This document shows, in pieces, positions 54,442-63,022 of a stretch of DNA of 64,000 nt (position 1 is the first letter of the stretch; each line of letters opens with the position of its first letter). The position numbers were made by a program, and so were the translations under genes. The notes under the pieces are model-generated. The model saw nothing but the letters and a program-made list of their open reading frames with translations. It did no database searches and had not been told where the DNA came from. Where the stretch lies: the IMG/VR virus record IMGVR_UViG_3300017971_004694; one strand, 5' to 3'. The DNA is from a virus.

Positions 54442-55042
54442 CTTTCAACTCCAGAACACATGCCCAAGCGGCTGCAATTCCATCAGCCTCGTCATAAGCT
54501 TCTTTGGCTACATTGCCCTTTCTATTTATGAGTGTTTCAAATGTCGGTTCCAGTTTGTCGATAATCAGATCTGGTATTCCTTCTTTTTCTATCTTCTTGG
54601 GAAGCTTACAAGCATTCTTGATAATCTTTCTAATCGTCTGGGACGGATAGAATATAATCTCTGCATCGCTATTTTTATGAGCAGAGAGGGCTGCGACTCT
54701 GTTGAACGTAGCTAAAATCGTGATTGTCTTTGCCTGAGACTTCCCTTTCATGAATAACAATATGTCTTCTATGGAAACGTGCGTGGGCTCAAGCTCCTCG
54801 CACAGGGTCTTTATAGTTTCATAGACGCCATCCAGTCGCTCTATAAGTCCATGTTTGCTGTCGAGCGGCTTGATATGGCCATAAGCTAATAGATGGGGCT
54901 CGTCGTTCAAGTCAACAAGACCCCATCCAATTGTAGATGAACTACAATCTAATCCCAATACTTTAATGTCAGCTTTAGAATCGGCTACTTTAACGAGCCG
55001 ACTCTTTTTTATACATTTCTCTTCTTTTTCTAATTTCCTCAT
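54425..55042 (-). CDS. RuvC-like Holliday junction resolvase
   Basis: VLGLDCS, VSIED and DEADGIA acidic triad; start uncertain (52-nt overlap with the upstream gene). Confidence 0.8.
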   Translation of the reverse strand: MRKLEKEEKCIKKSRLVKVADSKADIKVLGLDCSSSTIGWGLVDLNDEPHLLAYGHIKPLDSKHGLIERLDGVYETIKTLCEELEPTHVSIEDILLFMKGKSQAKTITILATFNRVAALSAHKNSDAEIIFYPSQTIRKIIKNACKLPKKIEKEGIPDLIIDKLEPTFETLINRKGNVAKEAYDEADGIAAAWACVLELKDARSV

Positions 55043-55427
55043 TAATATCTAATCTGTGAAAGACTCCCATGGTTTTACCTTCTAAGACCCTTTTATCATA
55101 CAACCTTTTCATATTAACTATATCATTGACGCGCCTCTGGTCGATATTACCACACCTCTCAACCTCGGGCTCTACTTTGCACAGCTTAGAAAGAGCATCA
55201 ATTATATAATCCCTATGTTCGCCAGACATAAATTCAAGTAGATTATCTATGTGTTCCCATTTACTCCAATAAGAACTCACTCTTTCTTTTGCTTTGGACA
55301 TCTTTTTGTCCCAAGTTTCCTTGTCGTCATCAACATTTAGGTCGCTGATCAATGCCTTCATAAATTCTTCAAACATCTCTCTTTCGTTTTCCCACCTTCT
55401 CATTTCTTCTATCCAATTGTCAGACAT
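54990..55427 (-). CDS. Hypothetical protein, paralog of 55429-55755
   Basis: MKALxxLNxDDDxxxW...GxFHR shared; identical initiation region. Confidence 0.7.
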   Translation of the reverse strand: MSDNWIEEMRRWENEREMFEEFMKALISDLNVDDDKETWDKKMSKAKERVSSYWSKWEHIDNLLEFMSGEHRDYIIDALSKLCKVEPEVERCGNIDQRRVNDIVNMKRLYDKRVLEGKTMGVFHRLDINEEIRKRREMYKKESAR

Positions 55428-55428
55428 C

Positions 55429-55755
55429 TCAATCACCTTCTTCGGGGTCTATTCTATGAAAGCACCCTATACTACCCTTTTTTATATGTCTTTTATCACT
55501 ATCTCTTTTTGCATTGATAAGCTTATCTATAATCTTTTGATCCACAACACTGTCAAAGGATTCCATGCGATTCGCAAAGTCGGCTATTTTCAACAAAGTT
55601 TCTTCGACATTTTCTACATTAGTGCTTTTCATCCCAACAAGTTGTCGAACTTCGTCCATCGTTTTGCGCCACCCCTCGTCATCGTCTGGGTTCAAATTTT
55701 TCAGAGCTTTCATTACTTTTCGAATTCTTTCAATTTCTTTATCATTTTCAGACAT
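55429..55755 (-). CDS. Hypothetical protein, paralog of 54990-55427
   Basis: As above; AGGTGA SD. Confidence 0.7.
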   Translation of the reverse strand: MSENDKEIERIRKVMKALKNLNPDDDEGWRKTMDEVRQLVGMKSTNVENVEETLLKIADFANRMESFDSVVDQKIIDKLINAKRDSDKRHIKKGSIGCFHRIDPEEGD

Positions 55756-55765
55756 CTCAATCACC

Positions 55766-56365
55766 TCAGTTGGGCTCGGGATCTGCTTCCTCAAGCTCAT
55801 TTATTAAATCACTCAGTTTATGACCTATAAGACCAATGTCTTTCTCATTTATTTTCTCGAACTCCTGACAACTCTTAACGAAATCAGCTTCAAGCTTTCT
55901 GCCTGAGCCCATTAAAGATTTGTGTAAGTCTGCCCAAGAGCCGTTGTAGTTCTGATCCCTGATGGCCGCGAGCCTTTCAGGATAGAACTCTTGTATGTTG
56001 AATTCTGAGAACATAGATAAATCTACCACTGAGAAGTCCAGCTGCTTATTAAAGTCATCTGCGAACTTTTTGATGTCTGCTAAACACGCGCATATCTTAT
56101 GTAAATACTTATTAAGCGACCTTGAGGTGGGCATTATTGTTCCTACATAGAAGGTCATTATGGGGTCATCTGGACTATCAAAATTGGGTGGAGAGCACCC
56201 AAAGCCATGACTGTGAGTGATTTCCATAATCTTGAATATCAACTTCTGACTTATGTGATCGCGATCAAATATAACCTGTGCCTCAATCCTTGGGGGCCTG
56301 GACATAAAGTGAAGCACATTAAACTCTTCCAGCTCAATTATCTCTACATCAATAGGTTTGTCCAT
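55766..56365 (-). CDS. Hypothetical protein (199 aa)
   Basis: Long ORF filling the operon; no motif recognised. Confidence 0.65.
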   Translation of the reverse strand: MDKPIDVEIIELEEFNVLHFMSRPPRIEAQVIFDRDHISQKLIFKIMEITHSHGFGCSPPNFDSPDDPIMTFYVGTIMPTSRSLNKYLHKICACLADIKKFADDFNKQLDFSVVDLSMFSEFNIQEFYPERLAAIRDQNYNGSWADLHKSLMGSGRKLEADFVKSCQEFEKINEKDIGLIGHKLSDLINELEEADPEPN

Positions 56366-56379
56366 ATATTATACTCACA

Positions 56380-56435
56380 AAATAAGTGCCGCTGGGCTCC
56401 AGGCCACGTTGAAGTTTGGAGCCCAGCGGCTTTTT
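56380..56435 (-). terminator. Strong hairpin (terminator/stabiliser) after ssb
   Basis: Perfect 14-bp stem GCCGCTGGGCTCCA/TGGAGCCCAGCGGC (56388-56430), 15-nt loop, followed by ACTTATTTT on minus and TTTTT on plus. Confidence 0.75.
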
Positions 56436-56449
56436 GCTACTATTGCTGC

Positions 56450-57097
56450 TTACAGTTCATCTCCGAAGTTGAAATCATCGTCACTAATGGACGGCTTCGA
56501 ATCAGCTGAAACGGTCTTGGTTCCAACGGCATACTGGGCACCAGTCCCATTATCACCGGAGGCTCCCATCTTTTCCAGCACTTCTTCGGGAGTGAGTGGC
56601 TGGGTGAACTTGGTAATGTCCACGCGCTCGAAAAAGCCCTTGGCCAGCGCCTTCTCCTCATCGGTCAATGGAGACTTGTTAGGATCACCCATCACCGTGT
56701 AAAGAGGCTGAGAGCCCTTAGGGCCCCTGTTGACGCTGATATCATAGGCAGTCACGTCTCCCCACTTGGGGTTGTTCACATGCTTCTTGATACCCAGATA
56801 AATCTGACTGGAAATCTCCAGAATCTTGGGCTGACCGGATTTGCGATCCAGAACACCCAGGTACCAACGGCACTGAGTCTTCTCACCCTTTTTGCAAAGG
56901 GGGCAATTCTCAATAGCGCAACGAATCTTACGAGTCGATCCGCTAGCGTCCTTAACCCAATGGACGACGAACTGGTAAGGCTTAGTAAGGACTCTCACCT
57001 CATTATCACCTTGCTCCAAGTTCATGAAATCATTTCCACCAGAAACATTTCCTTCGTCCCAATCTACCTGTCCGTATTTAATCTCTGCGTTTGCCAT
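56450..57097 (-). CDS. T4 gp32-like single-stranded DNA-binding protein
   Basis: Start MANAEI at 57097 (AAGGAG); NEVRVL, HW, CAIENCPLC Zn site, YDISVNR and acidic tail DDDFNFGDEL. Confidence 0.75.
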   Translation of the reverse strand: MANAEIKYGQVDWDEGNVSGGNDFMNLEQGDNEVRVLTKPYQFVVHWVKDASGSTRKIRCAIENCPLCKKGEKTQCRWYLGVLDRKSGQPKILEISSQIYLGIKKHVNNPKWGDVTAYDISVNRGPKGSQPLYTVMGDPNKSPLTDEEKALAKGFFERVDITKFTQPLTPEEVLEKMGASGDNGTGAQYAVGTKTVSADSKPSISDDDFNFGDEL

Positions 57098-57120
57098 AAT
57101 TTTTCTCCTTGTTGCCCTTG

Positions 57121-57214
57121 GTGCTCTCTCGGCACATAATCGGGCGGTTAGATTTTTGATATGTTTTGCAAAAGACTTCAACTCCTTTGACGAACATATC
57201 TTTCAACGTGGCCT
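57121..57214 (-). promoter_or_regulatory. Structured 5' leader of ssb
   Basis: Hairpin GATATGTT/AACATATC (57158-57200) with inner stem, small GNRA-type hairpin (57121-57135) and a 13-nt element at 57202-57214. Confidence 0.5.
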
Positions 57215-57458
57215 ATCTTTGTTTATACATTAAACTTCTTACATGATCAATGTTACTTCCGTGAATCCATTCTTCAACGAGGTCTCGCTCGCCAGGCTCT
57301 GCAAGTTTCTTCTCCATATCCGGATCTGAAACCCAAAATCCAACTCCATGAAACCATGAACCCTCAAAAGGAGGCCCCTTCTTTACAACAACGAACACCT
57401 TCTTGGTTTCCTTCGTATATGCAGCCCAATATAAATCTTCTCTTTTTATCTCTACCAT
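57213..57458 (-). CDS. Hypothetical protein (81 aa)
   Basis: Operon-coupled ORF. Confidence 0.6.
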   Translation of the reverse strand: MVEIKREDLYWAAYTKETKKVFVVVKKGPPFEGSWFHGVGFWVSDPDMEKKLAEPGERDLVEEWIHGSNIDHVRSLMYKQR

Positions 57459-57970
57459 TCTTTCTCTCCCCAGCTTGTTTTATCGGTGGTTACTTCAGAA
57501 AAGCCAGCAGATCGCATATGTTGCTGCTCCGCCTTGAGCTTATCTTTCATATACTGATGTGATTTCAGAAACCACTTATGCTTGTCTTCAAACCAGTGCT
57601 TCACAGTCTCGGCTTTCATCAAAGCCTCACAAGCCTCTACATAATCAGGATGACTTTCAGCATAAGCCTTTCTTTCCTCTACTGTCTTATGCCCCTCACC
57701 CTTGGCTGCTAAATATAGCTTCTGTCTCGTTGTATTTTTCTCAAGCTTCATCTTTTGCGTATGATGAATAAGAGCCGAATGAATTTCGCTACATCTATCA
57801 GCCGCCCTCAGATATACGCCCGCGAGTTTTTCAGCAATGGCTATATCAATATTAGTATCTTGAGGCAATTGCTCCGACATCTCTTTGAACTCCGATATAT
57901 CTATATTCATCGGGTCAAATGTGTCTAGTGCCAATGACTCTTTAAGCGTCAGACTTTTTTCCTCGGTCAT
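57452..57970 (-). CDS. Possible UvsY-like recombination mediator
   Basis: Helical protein with KTVEERKAYAESHPDY...L.KAE; lies next to the gp32-like SSB and RecA. Confidence 0.4.
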   Translation of the reverse strand: MTEEKSLTLKESLALDTFDPMNIDISEFKEMSEQLPQDTNIDIAIAEKLAGVYLRAADRCSEIHSALIHHTQKMKLEKNTTRQKLYLAAKGEGHKTVEERKAYAESHPDYVEACEALMKAETVKHWFEDKHKWFLKSHQYMKDKLKAEQQHMRSAGFSEVTTDKTSWGEKEW

Positions 57971-58235
57971 TTAATATTTCCCTTACCTGTCTTTCTACGC
58001 GCCTAAGGCGCTGGTTTATCATCAGATTTTGCAGAAAAAATATAACGCCCCAGCCAATCTGTCTCCCCGGAGGCGTTTTGATTAGAATAATGCAACCATC
58101 GCCATCCACTTCAAACATGTCTCTAAACTGATCTTTGCCTGAATACGTTCCATAAGTAAAAGACTCAACAATCTTTTTGTATTCTTCGTATTCTGCATTA
58201 GTCATATCGACTTGCTTGTAGTCAACGACTTTCAT
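57942..58235 (-). CDS. Hypothetical protein (97 aa)
   Basis: GGAG-type SD; operon-coupled. Confidence 0.6.
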   Translation of the reverse strand: MKVVDYKQVDMTNAEYEEYKKIVESFTYGTYSGKDQFRDMFEVDGDGCIILIKTPPGRQIGWGVIFFLQNLMINQRLRRVERQVREILNDRGKKSDA

Positions 58236-58858
58236 TAACCACTCCTACGAACCGATCCAGAACCCGACTTCAAAGCCTGCTGCTGTTTGGCCAATCTCAA
58301 CAATCTCTCTTGTTCCAGCCTGGGGTTTCCATCAAGTTCGGAATCGCTCATATGACCGCCACCACCCTTTGCTCCAAGTTGAGATAGGACATTGGCCATA
58401 TTGGCATGTTCATCCTCCACAGGCCCTTCCTGGTCCATCCCAGCAGCCACTACAGCCGCCTGGTCCACCATACTATACTTTTCCCTAACAGCCTGCTCAA
58501 AAAGTTGCTCTCGCGTCTTGGGATCTATACCTTCCATCTGGGAAACATTAATAATGTCTGCGTCTTCCACCTCTTCAGTCACAACTTCTCTATTTGAAAG
58601 TTCCTGTTTCTGCCGCCTTGGCGGAGCCTTACGCTGCACAAGAGGAGAAATTTCATATTTGACCGCCAAGGCAGTCGCCAGCTTCCTCACGGTGCCCTCG
58701 CGCAAGGCCACTTCAGAGGAAATTGTCTGCTCAAGATCTTCTATTAGAGCAAGTAGTTCCTCATCCATGATTTGATTGCCGCAAGAAGGGCATACATTTT
58801 GAGCAATTGCGTGCTTAAGCTCTGGTGATATTTCAAAATTACAAGATCTGCATTTCAT
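58235..58858 (-). CDS. Zn-ribbon hypothetical protein
   Basis: MKCRSC...CPSCG. Confidence 0.7.
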   Translation of the reverse strand: MKCRSCNFEISPELKHAIAQNVCPSCGNQIMDEELLALIEDLEQTISSEVALREGTVRKLATALAVKYEISPLVQRKAPPRRQKQELSNREVVTEEVEDADIINVSQMEGIDPKTREQLFEQAVREKYSMVDQAAVVAAGMDQEGPVEDEHANMANVLSQLGAKGGGGHMSDSELDGNPRLEQERLLRLAKQQQALKSGSGSVRRSG

Positions 58859-58880
58859 TTTCGTTCTACCTCTCTACCAT

Positions 58881-58909
58881 AATTTAATGCCTTATTGATA
58901 GATAGTCAA
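58881..58909 (-). promoter_or_regulatory. Sigma70-type promoter
   Basis: TTGACT (58904-58909), 17-nt spacer, TAAATT (58881-58886) in the gap after dnaE. Confidence 0.55.
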
Positions 58910-58917
58910 GTCTTTTT

Positions 58918-61900
58918 CTACAATCCTTGCGCTTTTTCTATCTCTCGTAGCATAATGGTCTTTACTCCATTAAATTCGCTTACTTGGCATTTTGCTCTGA
59001 TTTGTCTTCCCTCCTTCATAATTTTCTTAGCAATTTCATACTGATCCGGCCAAACAGTCAATTCGGTTTCGCCACCATCCACGTCCGCCACACGATATTT
59101 AATCATCATTTGGCCCTTGTATCTTCCGCTTTTTATTTTGAACTCTCTCAACATATTTTTGACGAGGAACTCAACCATTATATTGTGGCGATCTGGCAGA
59201 ATCTTGAGTCTGGCCATGGGTGTTGTGCCCACACCCGTGAAGAAACCGGGAAACATATCATTTACATTCCCTGTGAGCAACTCTCCCAATACATCCTGCT
59301 CATGTCTCAAAAGCTCCTGTCTTGGCCACTCCTCTTCCTCAACCTTTATAGCGCACTCCTCAACAACCAGCTCGGCACCATAACCATCCTTTTTCTTGTT
59401 CCTGATGAAAGCGGTCATTTTATCTCTGTTCTTTTTAGCCCCATCATGAACTCCTTTGCGAGATAGATTAAAAGAATCAAAGCAACCAGCTTTGGCAAGA
59501 ACTTCCTGCCTGGTCTTGTTTATAATCCTGCCGTCAGTTTTATAGAGAAACTCCATAATGTTGGCGTAGGGCTGTTTATTTACAATTTCTGCAACAGCCT
59601 TTTCACCTAAGCCCTTAATAGCCGCAAAGCCCATAACTATTGATTCCTCATCAAGAACCTCATAGCTGGCTCCGCTTCTGTTAAGATCGGGCGGAATTAT
59701 CTTAATGCCCATTCTGCGGCACTCTTCCTTAGCCATGGCCACTTCTTCGTCCTTGTGAATGCCGCCGCGCTCAGTTTTTACTTTTAGATATGCAGCCAAA
59801 AAAGCTGCTGGATAATGACACTTTAGATATGCTGTGATATATCCATTGATAGAATAGAATACTGCGTGAGACTTATTAAAACCATAGCCGCTGAACTTAC
59901 CCACGACCTGATCCCAAAGATTCTTGGAGAATTCATATTCTACATCGTGTTTCTTCATCAAACCCTCGATGAAGTCCACCTCTAATTGAAGAGCCAGTTC
60001 TGGATTCTTGCCCTTGAGTTTCGTAAGCTTCCTCAAGCCATCCGCCTTATTGAGGTCCCAGCCTGCTACATCTTGGGCCACACCCATCAACTGCTCCTCC
60101 ATGACGCACAATCCATATGTAGGGGTGAGAGATTTTGTCAAACTTGGGTGCAGATATGAGATTTTCTTTCTTCCAAACCTACGATCAATATATTCTTGTC
60201 TTTCCTCCTTAGAACATGACGGACGGCCAAGGGCATTTACCATGGCAATGTCCAAGATATTGTTGGGTTTTACTTTTTTGCAAAGCGTCACCATCATCCC
60301 TGACTTGCCCAACTGGAAAACACATCTGGTATTTCCATTTTGAATCATCTTATAGGTTTCTTCATCGCCCATAGGAATATCTTCCATTCTTTCTGGGCCC
60401 TTCATTCCCAGACGCCTAATATTCTTGAAAGTTTCATCTATAACATCCAAGGTGGAAATGGCCAAGAAGTCCATTTTAATCAACCCAAGAGATTCACACC
60501 TATTCTTCTCATATTGGACGGCGACATCACCGTTCTTATCAACCCTTAGTGGCGCAAATTCGATAATCGGTATGTCTGAAATTACCATAGCCGCCGCATG
60601 TGTGGAGAATTCTTTAGGCATCCCAACAATTTGGTCAGCATATTCCATAAGTTCTGGGCACCTATCGGCAAATTTCCTTAGATCTGCCGAAAGCTCCATC
60701 GCTCTTTCCAGCGTCTTAACCCTCTTTCCTTTATTATCTTGTTCTGGAATAGCTTTCTTAATGGCCTCGGACACTCTCACATAGTTAGTTCCCTCAGGAA
60801 CAAGCCCAGGCATAACGTTCCTCATGGACTTTACCAAATCGGGAATGACACTTTTGGCTGTATATGAATTGATATTAGAAACTGTTGCACAATGATCATG
60901 GCCATATTTCTCTCGAACATAATTCTGAACTGCATCCCTCCCCGAGGAAGTAAAATCCGTATCGATGTCGGGGAGGTCGGTTTTATAAGCATTTTGAAAC
61001 CTCTCAAATAACAGACCATATTCTATTGGATCTACGCCATGAATACCCAGCAAATAAGCAACCATACAACCACCAACACTGCCTCGTCCTACGCCAACCA
61101 GTATGCCATTTTCTCTGGACCAATTGATAAAGTCGGCAGTAACCAACATATAAGATGAGAAGTCATTTGCTTCCAATACCTTAAGCTCATGAACCACCCT
61201 GTCCCAACGCTCTTTCCTTTCTTCTGTAGACATATGCCCAAACTTTTCCTTAAAGCCCTTGACAAGCCTGAAGCGCATGAACTCAACATCTTCCTTGAGC
61301 CCAGATGCCATCTTTGCCGTCTTGCGCCAATCAAGGAACTCATCATAGTCTTTTTCGACTTCAGGTTCGAACACAGGAAGGTGATTACCTGTGGTTTCCA
61401 TATAGTCCGGAGGCTCGCACATACCGGCGATCTTGACCGTATTTCCAAGTGCTTCATCGGCCACTTCAGTTCCATAGTGTTTGGATAGAAAGTCATATAC
61501 CTCTTCACCAGATTTGGCGTAGAACTCGTCTAACCCATATCGATGCCTATTGGGATCATCGACAGGAGCTTTAGAATTTATGGCCATAAGCGTGTCGTGG
61601 TATTTTTCGGAATCTCTGGTTAAGTAGTGTGTATCAACCGAAACCGTCAATGGAATGCCCAGCTTGTTGCCAAGCCTTATAAGACCTTCATTAATTATCT
61701 TTTGGTCTATTCGTTCGTTTTTAAGGTGATGTGGCTGTATCTCTACAAAGAAACGTTCGCCAAAAATATCGAGGAACCTAAGAGCCACTTCCTGTGCCTC
61801 GTCTAGCTTGTCATCCATAATCAGCACAGAAAGAGGGCCACTGCTACAAGCAGAAGTGCAGATAAGACCCTCATTGTGTTTCTCAAGCACTTCCCAGCTT

Positions 61901-62286
61901 ATCCTTGGGAATACCCTGCCCATCATTAAAACAAAATGTTGGAACCCAATATAGTTGGCCTTGAGAAGGTTCTTATAACCAACCTCATTTTGGGCCAAGA
62001 GGATCAGGTGCTTCCGCTTCTCAGTCCTCTTTCTTTTGCCTTCAGCCTGTATGAAATCATAGGAGTGGACAAAATACATCTCACATCCGGGAACAAATTG
62101 AACCCCAGTTCTTTTGTAAGCCTTGTGAGCATCAAAATGAGCTGCTAGGGTGCCGTGATCCGTTATAGCCAGGGCTTTTTGACCAAGTTCTTTCACCCTG
62201 TCAAAAAGCTCGTCAACGCCACACAAAGCATCCAGCATAGAACCCAAATTGGTGTGGGCATGTAGATTTACGAATTCAACGCTCAT
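58918..62286 (-). CDS. dnaE: DNA polymerase III alpha subunit (family C)
   Basis: PHP domain NLHAHT...AITDHG...GCE, GRGSVGGC, PDIDTDF, STHAAA, IKMDFL, GYGFNKSHA, C-terminal OB fold. Confidence 0.97.
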   Translation of the reverse strand: MSVEFVNLHAHTNLGSMLDALCGVDELFDRVKELGQKALAITDHGTLAAHFDAHKAYKRTGVQFVPGCEMYFVHSYDFIQAEGKRKRTEKRKHLILLAQNEVGYKNLLKANYIGFQHFVLMMGRVFPRISWEVLEKHNEGLICTSACSSGPLSVLIMDDKLDEAQEVALRFLDIFGERFFVEIQPHHLKNERIDQKIINEGLIRLGNKLGIPLTVSVDTHYLTRDSEKYHDTLMAINSKAPVDDPNRHRYGLDEFYAKSGEEVYDFLSKHYGTEVADEALGNTVKIAGMCEPPDYMETTGNHLPVFEPEVEKDYDEFLDWRKTAKMASGLKEDVEFMRFRLVKGFKEKFGHMSTEERKERWDRVVHELKVLEANDFSSYMLVTADFINWSRENGILVGVGRGSVGGCMVAYLLGIHGVDPIEYGLLFERFQNAYKTDLPDIDTDFTSSGRDAVQNYVREKYGHDHCATVSNINSYTAKSVIPDLVKSMRNVMPGLVPEGTNYVRVSEAIKKAIPEQDNKGKRVKTLERAMELSADLRKFADRCPELMEYADQIVGMPKEFSTHAAAMVISDIPIIEFAPLRVDKNGDVAVQYEKNRCESLGLIKMDFLAISTLDVIDETFKNIRRLGMKGPERMEDIPMGDEETYKMIQNGNTRCVFQLGKSGMMVTLCKKVKPNNILDIAMVNALGRPSCSKEERQEYIDRRFGRKKISYLHPSLTKSLTPTYGLCVMEEQLMGVAQDVAGWDLNKADGLRKLTKLKGKNPELALQLEVDFIEGLMKKHDVEYEFSKNLWDQVVGKFSGYGFNKSHAVFYSINGYITAYLKCHYPAAFLAAYLKVKTERGGIHKDEEVAMAKEECRRMGIKIIPPDLNRSGASYEVLDEESIVMGFAAIKGLGEKAVAEIVNKQPYANIMEFLYKTDGRIINKTRQEVLAKAGCFDSFNLSRKGVHDGAKKNRDKMTAFIRNKKKDGYGAELVVEECAIKVEEEEWPRQELLRHEQDVLGELLTGNVNDMFPGFFTGVGTTPMARLKILPDRHNIMVEFLVKNMLREFKIKSGRYKGQMMIKYRVADVDGGETELTVWPDQYEIAKKIMKEGRQIRAKCQVSEFNGVKTIMLREIEKAQGL

Positions 62287-62609
62287 TTTCCCTTCTTTCC
62301 GTGGACATAGGCCGCCAAGGCCGTTTCAAACCGTCTGACCACTTCAGCCACGTCTTTACTTTTCTTAAACGTAAGCTTTATTTCTCTCAACTTGTCTATA
62401 CCCACTATAGAGTAATTAGGAGTTTCTATTTTAACCATACGCGTCTTATTGAATGGACGACAATTCTTACCAAATGATTTCATGGCTCCTACTATACTCT
62501 CGTCCAGGCGCACTGGTAGTATATAGGTATATACCAAACTCCTCTTGCTACAAGAGCAACCAGAACGCACTTTGAATCTAACTTTTAGTTTTTTAAGCTG
62601 GTCAAGCAT
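62283..62609 (-). CDS. Hypothetical basic protein
   Basis: 108-aa ORF coupled to dnaE. Confidence 0.6.
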   Translation of the reverse strand: MLDQLKKLKVRFKVRSGCSCSKRSLVYTYILPVRLDESIVGAMKSFGKNCRPFNKTRMVKIETPNYSIVGIDKLREIKLTFKKSKDVAEVVRRFETALAAYVHGKKGK

Positions 62610-62610
62610 A

Positions 62611-63012
62611 TTAAATATCGGCCCTAGCCATAACTAACTCAACGGGGCCATCCTCCCCACGCGCAGAATGAACGGCCAATGACTTAACCAGATCGCCGCC
62701 CTCGTCTTCATCTTCTTTCTCTACCTCAAGCACCAGCTTAATGAAGTCTTGTTTTACGGTGAAAGAAACAACAGTTAGATCATGAGAGTCAGTATCAGTG
62801 TTCTCAAAATCTCTAAGCAAGGAGGCGCTCACCGGAGTGGAATCTGCCGCCGTAGAATGAAGCTCAAGAGACTTTAGCACATCTCCAACATCTCCATCTC
62901 CAGCCCTAATGTCATCCTTGTTTCCCTTAAGAACCGCCTTAATCTTCTCTTTCTTAACCGTGAAAGTATCAACATAAAAACCCTGAACTGCTCTAATATT
63001 CGTGTCTACCAT
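62611..63012 (-). CDS. Hypothetical protein made of two similar about 60-aa halves
   Basis: FTVKxxxIKxVL...GDxxKSLxxHS occurs twice; AGGAG SD. Confidence 0.7.
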   Translation of the reverse strand: MVDTNIRAVQGFYVDTFTVKKEKIKAVLKGNKDDIRAGDGDVGDVLKSLELHSTAADSTPVSASLLRDFENTDTDSHDLTVVSFTVKQDFIKLVLEVEKEDEDEGGDLVKSLAVHSARGEDGPVELVMARADI

Positions 63013-63022
63013 TTTTTGCTCC

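Noticed and set aside
54425-55042. RuvC domain as TnpB/Cas12 or transposase
   Set aside because: About 200 aa, no Zn finger or bridge-helix extensions, no terminal repeats; context (recA, ssb) fits a Holliday junction resolvase.
56368-56373. TATAAT just upstream of the 55766-56365 gene
   Set aside because: Only 2 nt from the ATG, no -35 or proper extended -10; geometry does not fit a promoter.
50762-62286. KxA-type matches in replication proteins (LIKHA, FIKKA, LVKVA, IIKNA)
   Set aside because: Within folded domains or uncertain N-termini, without ADD linkers or hairpin tags; treated as background for a low-information motif.
34550-62286. Inteins or introns in terminase, RecA or DnaE
   Set aside because: Lengths are ordinary for these families and I saw no intein termini or homing-endonuclease motifs.
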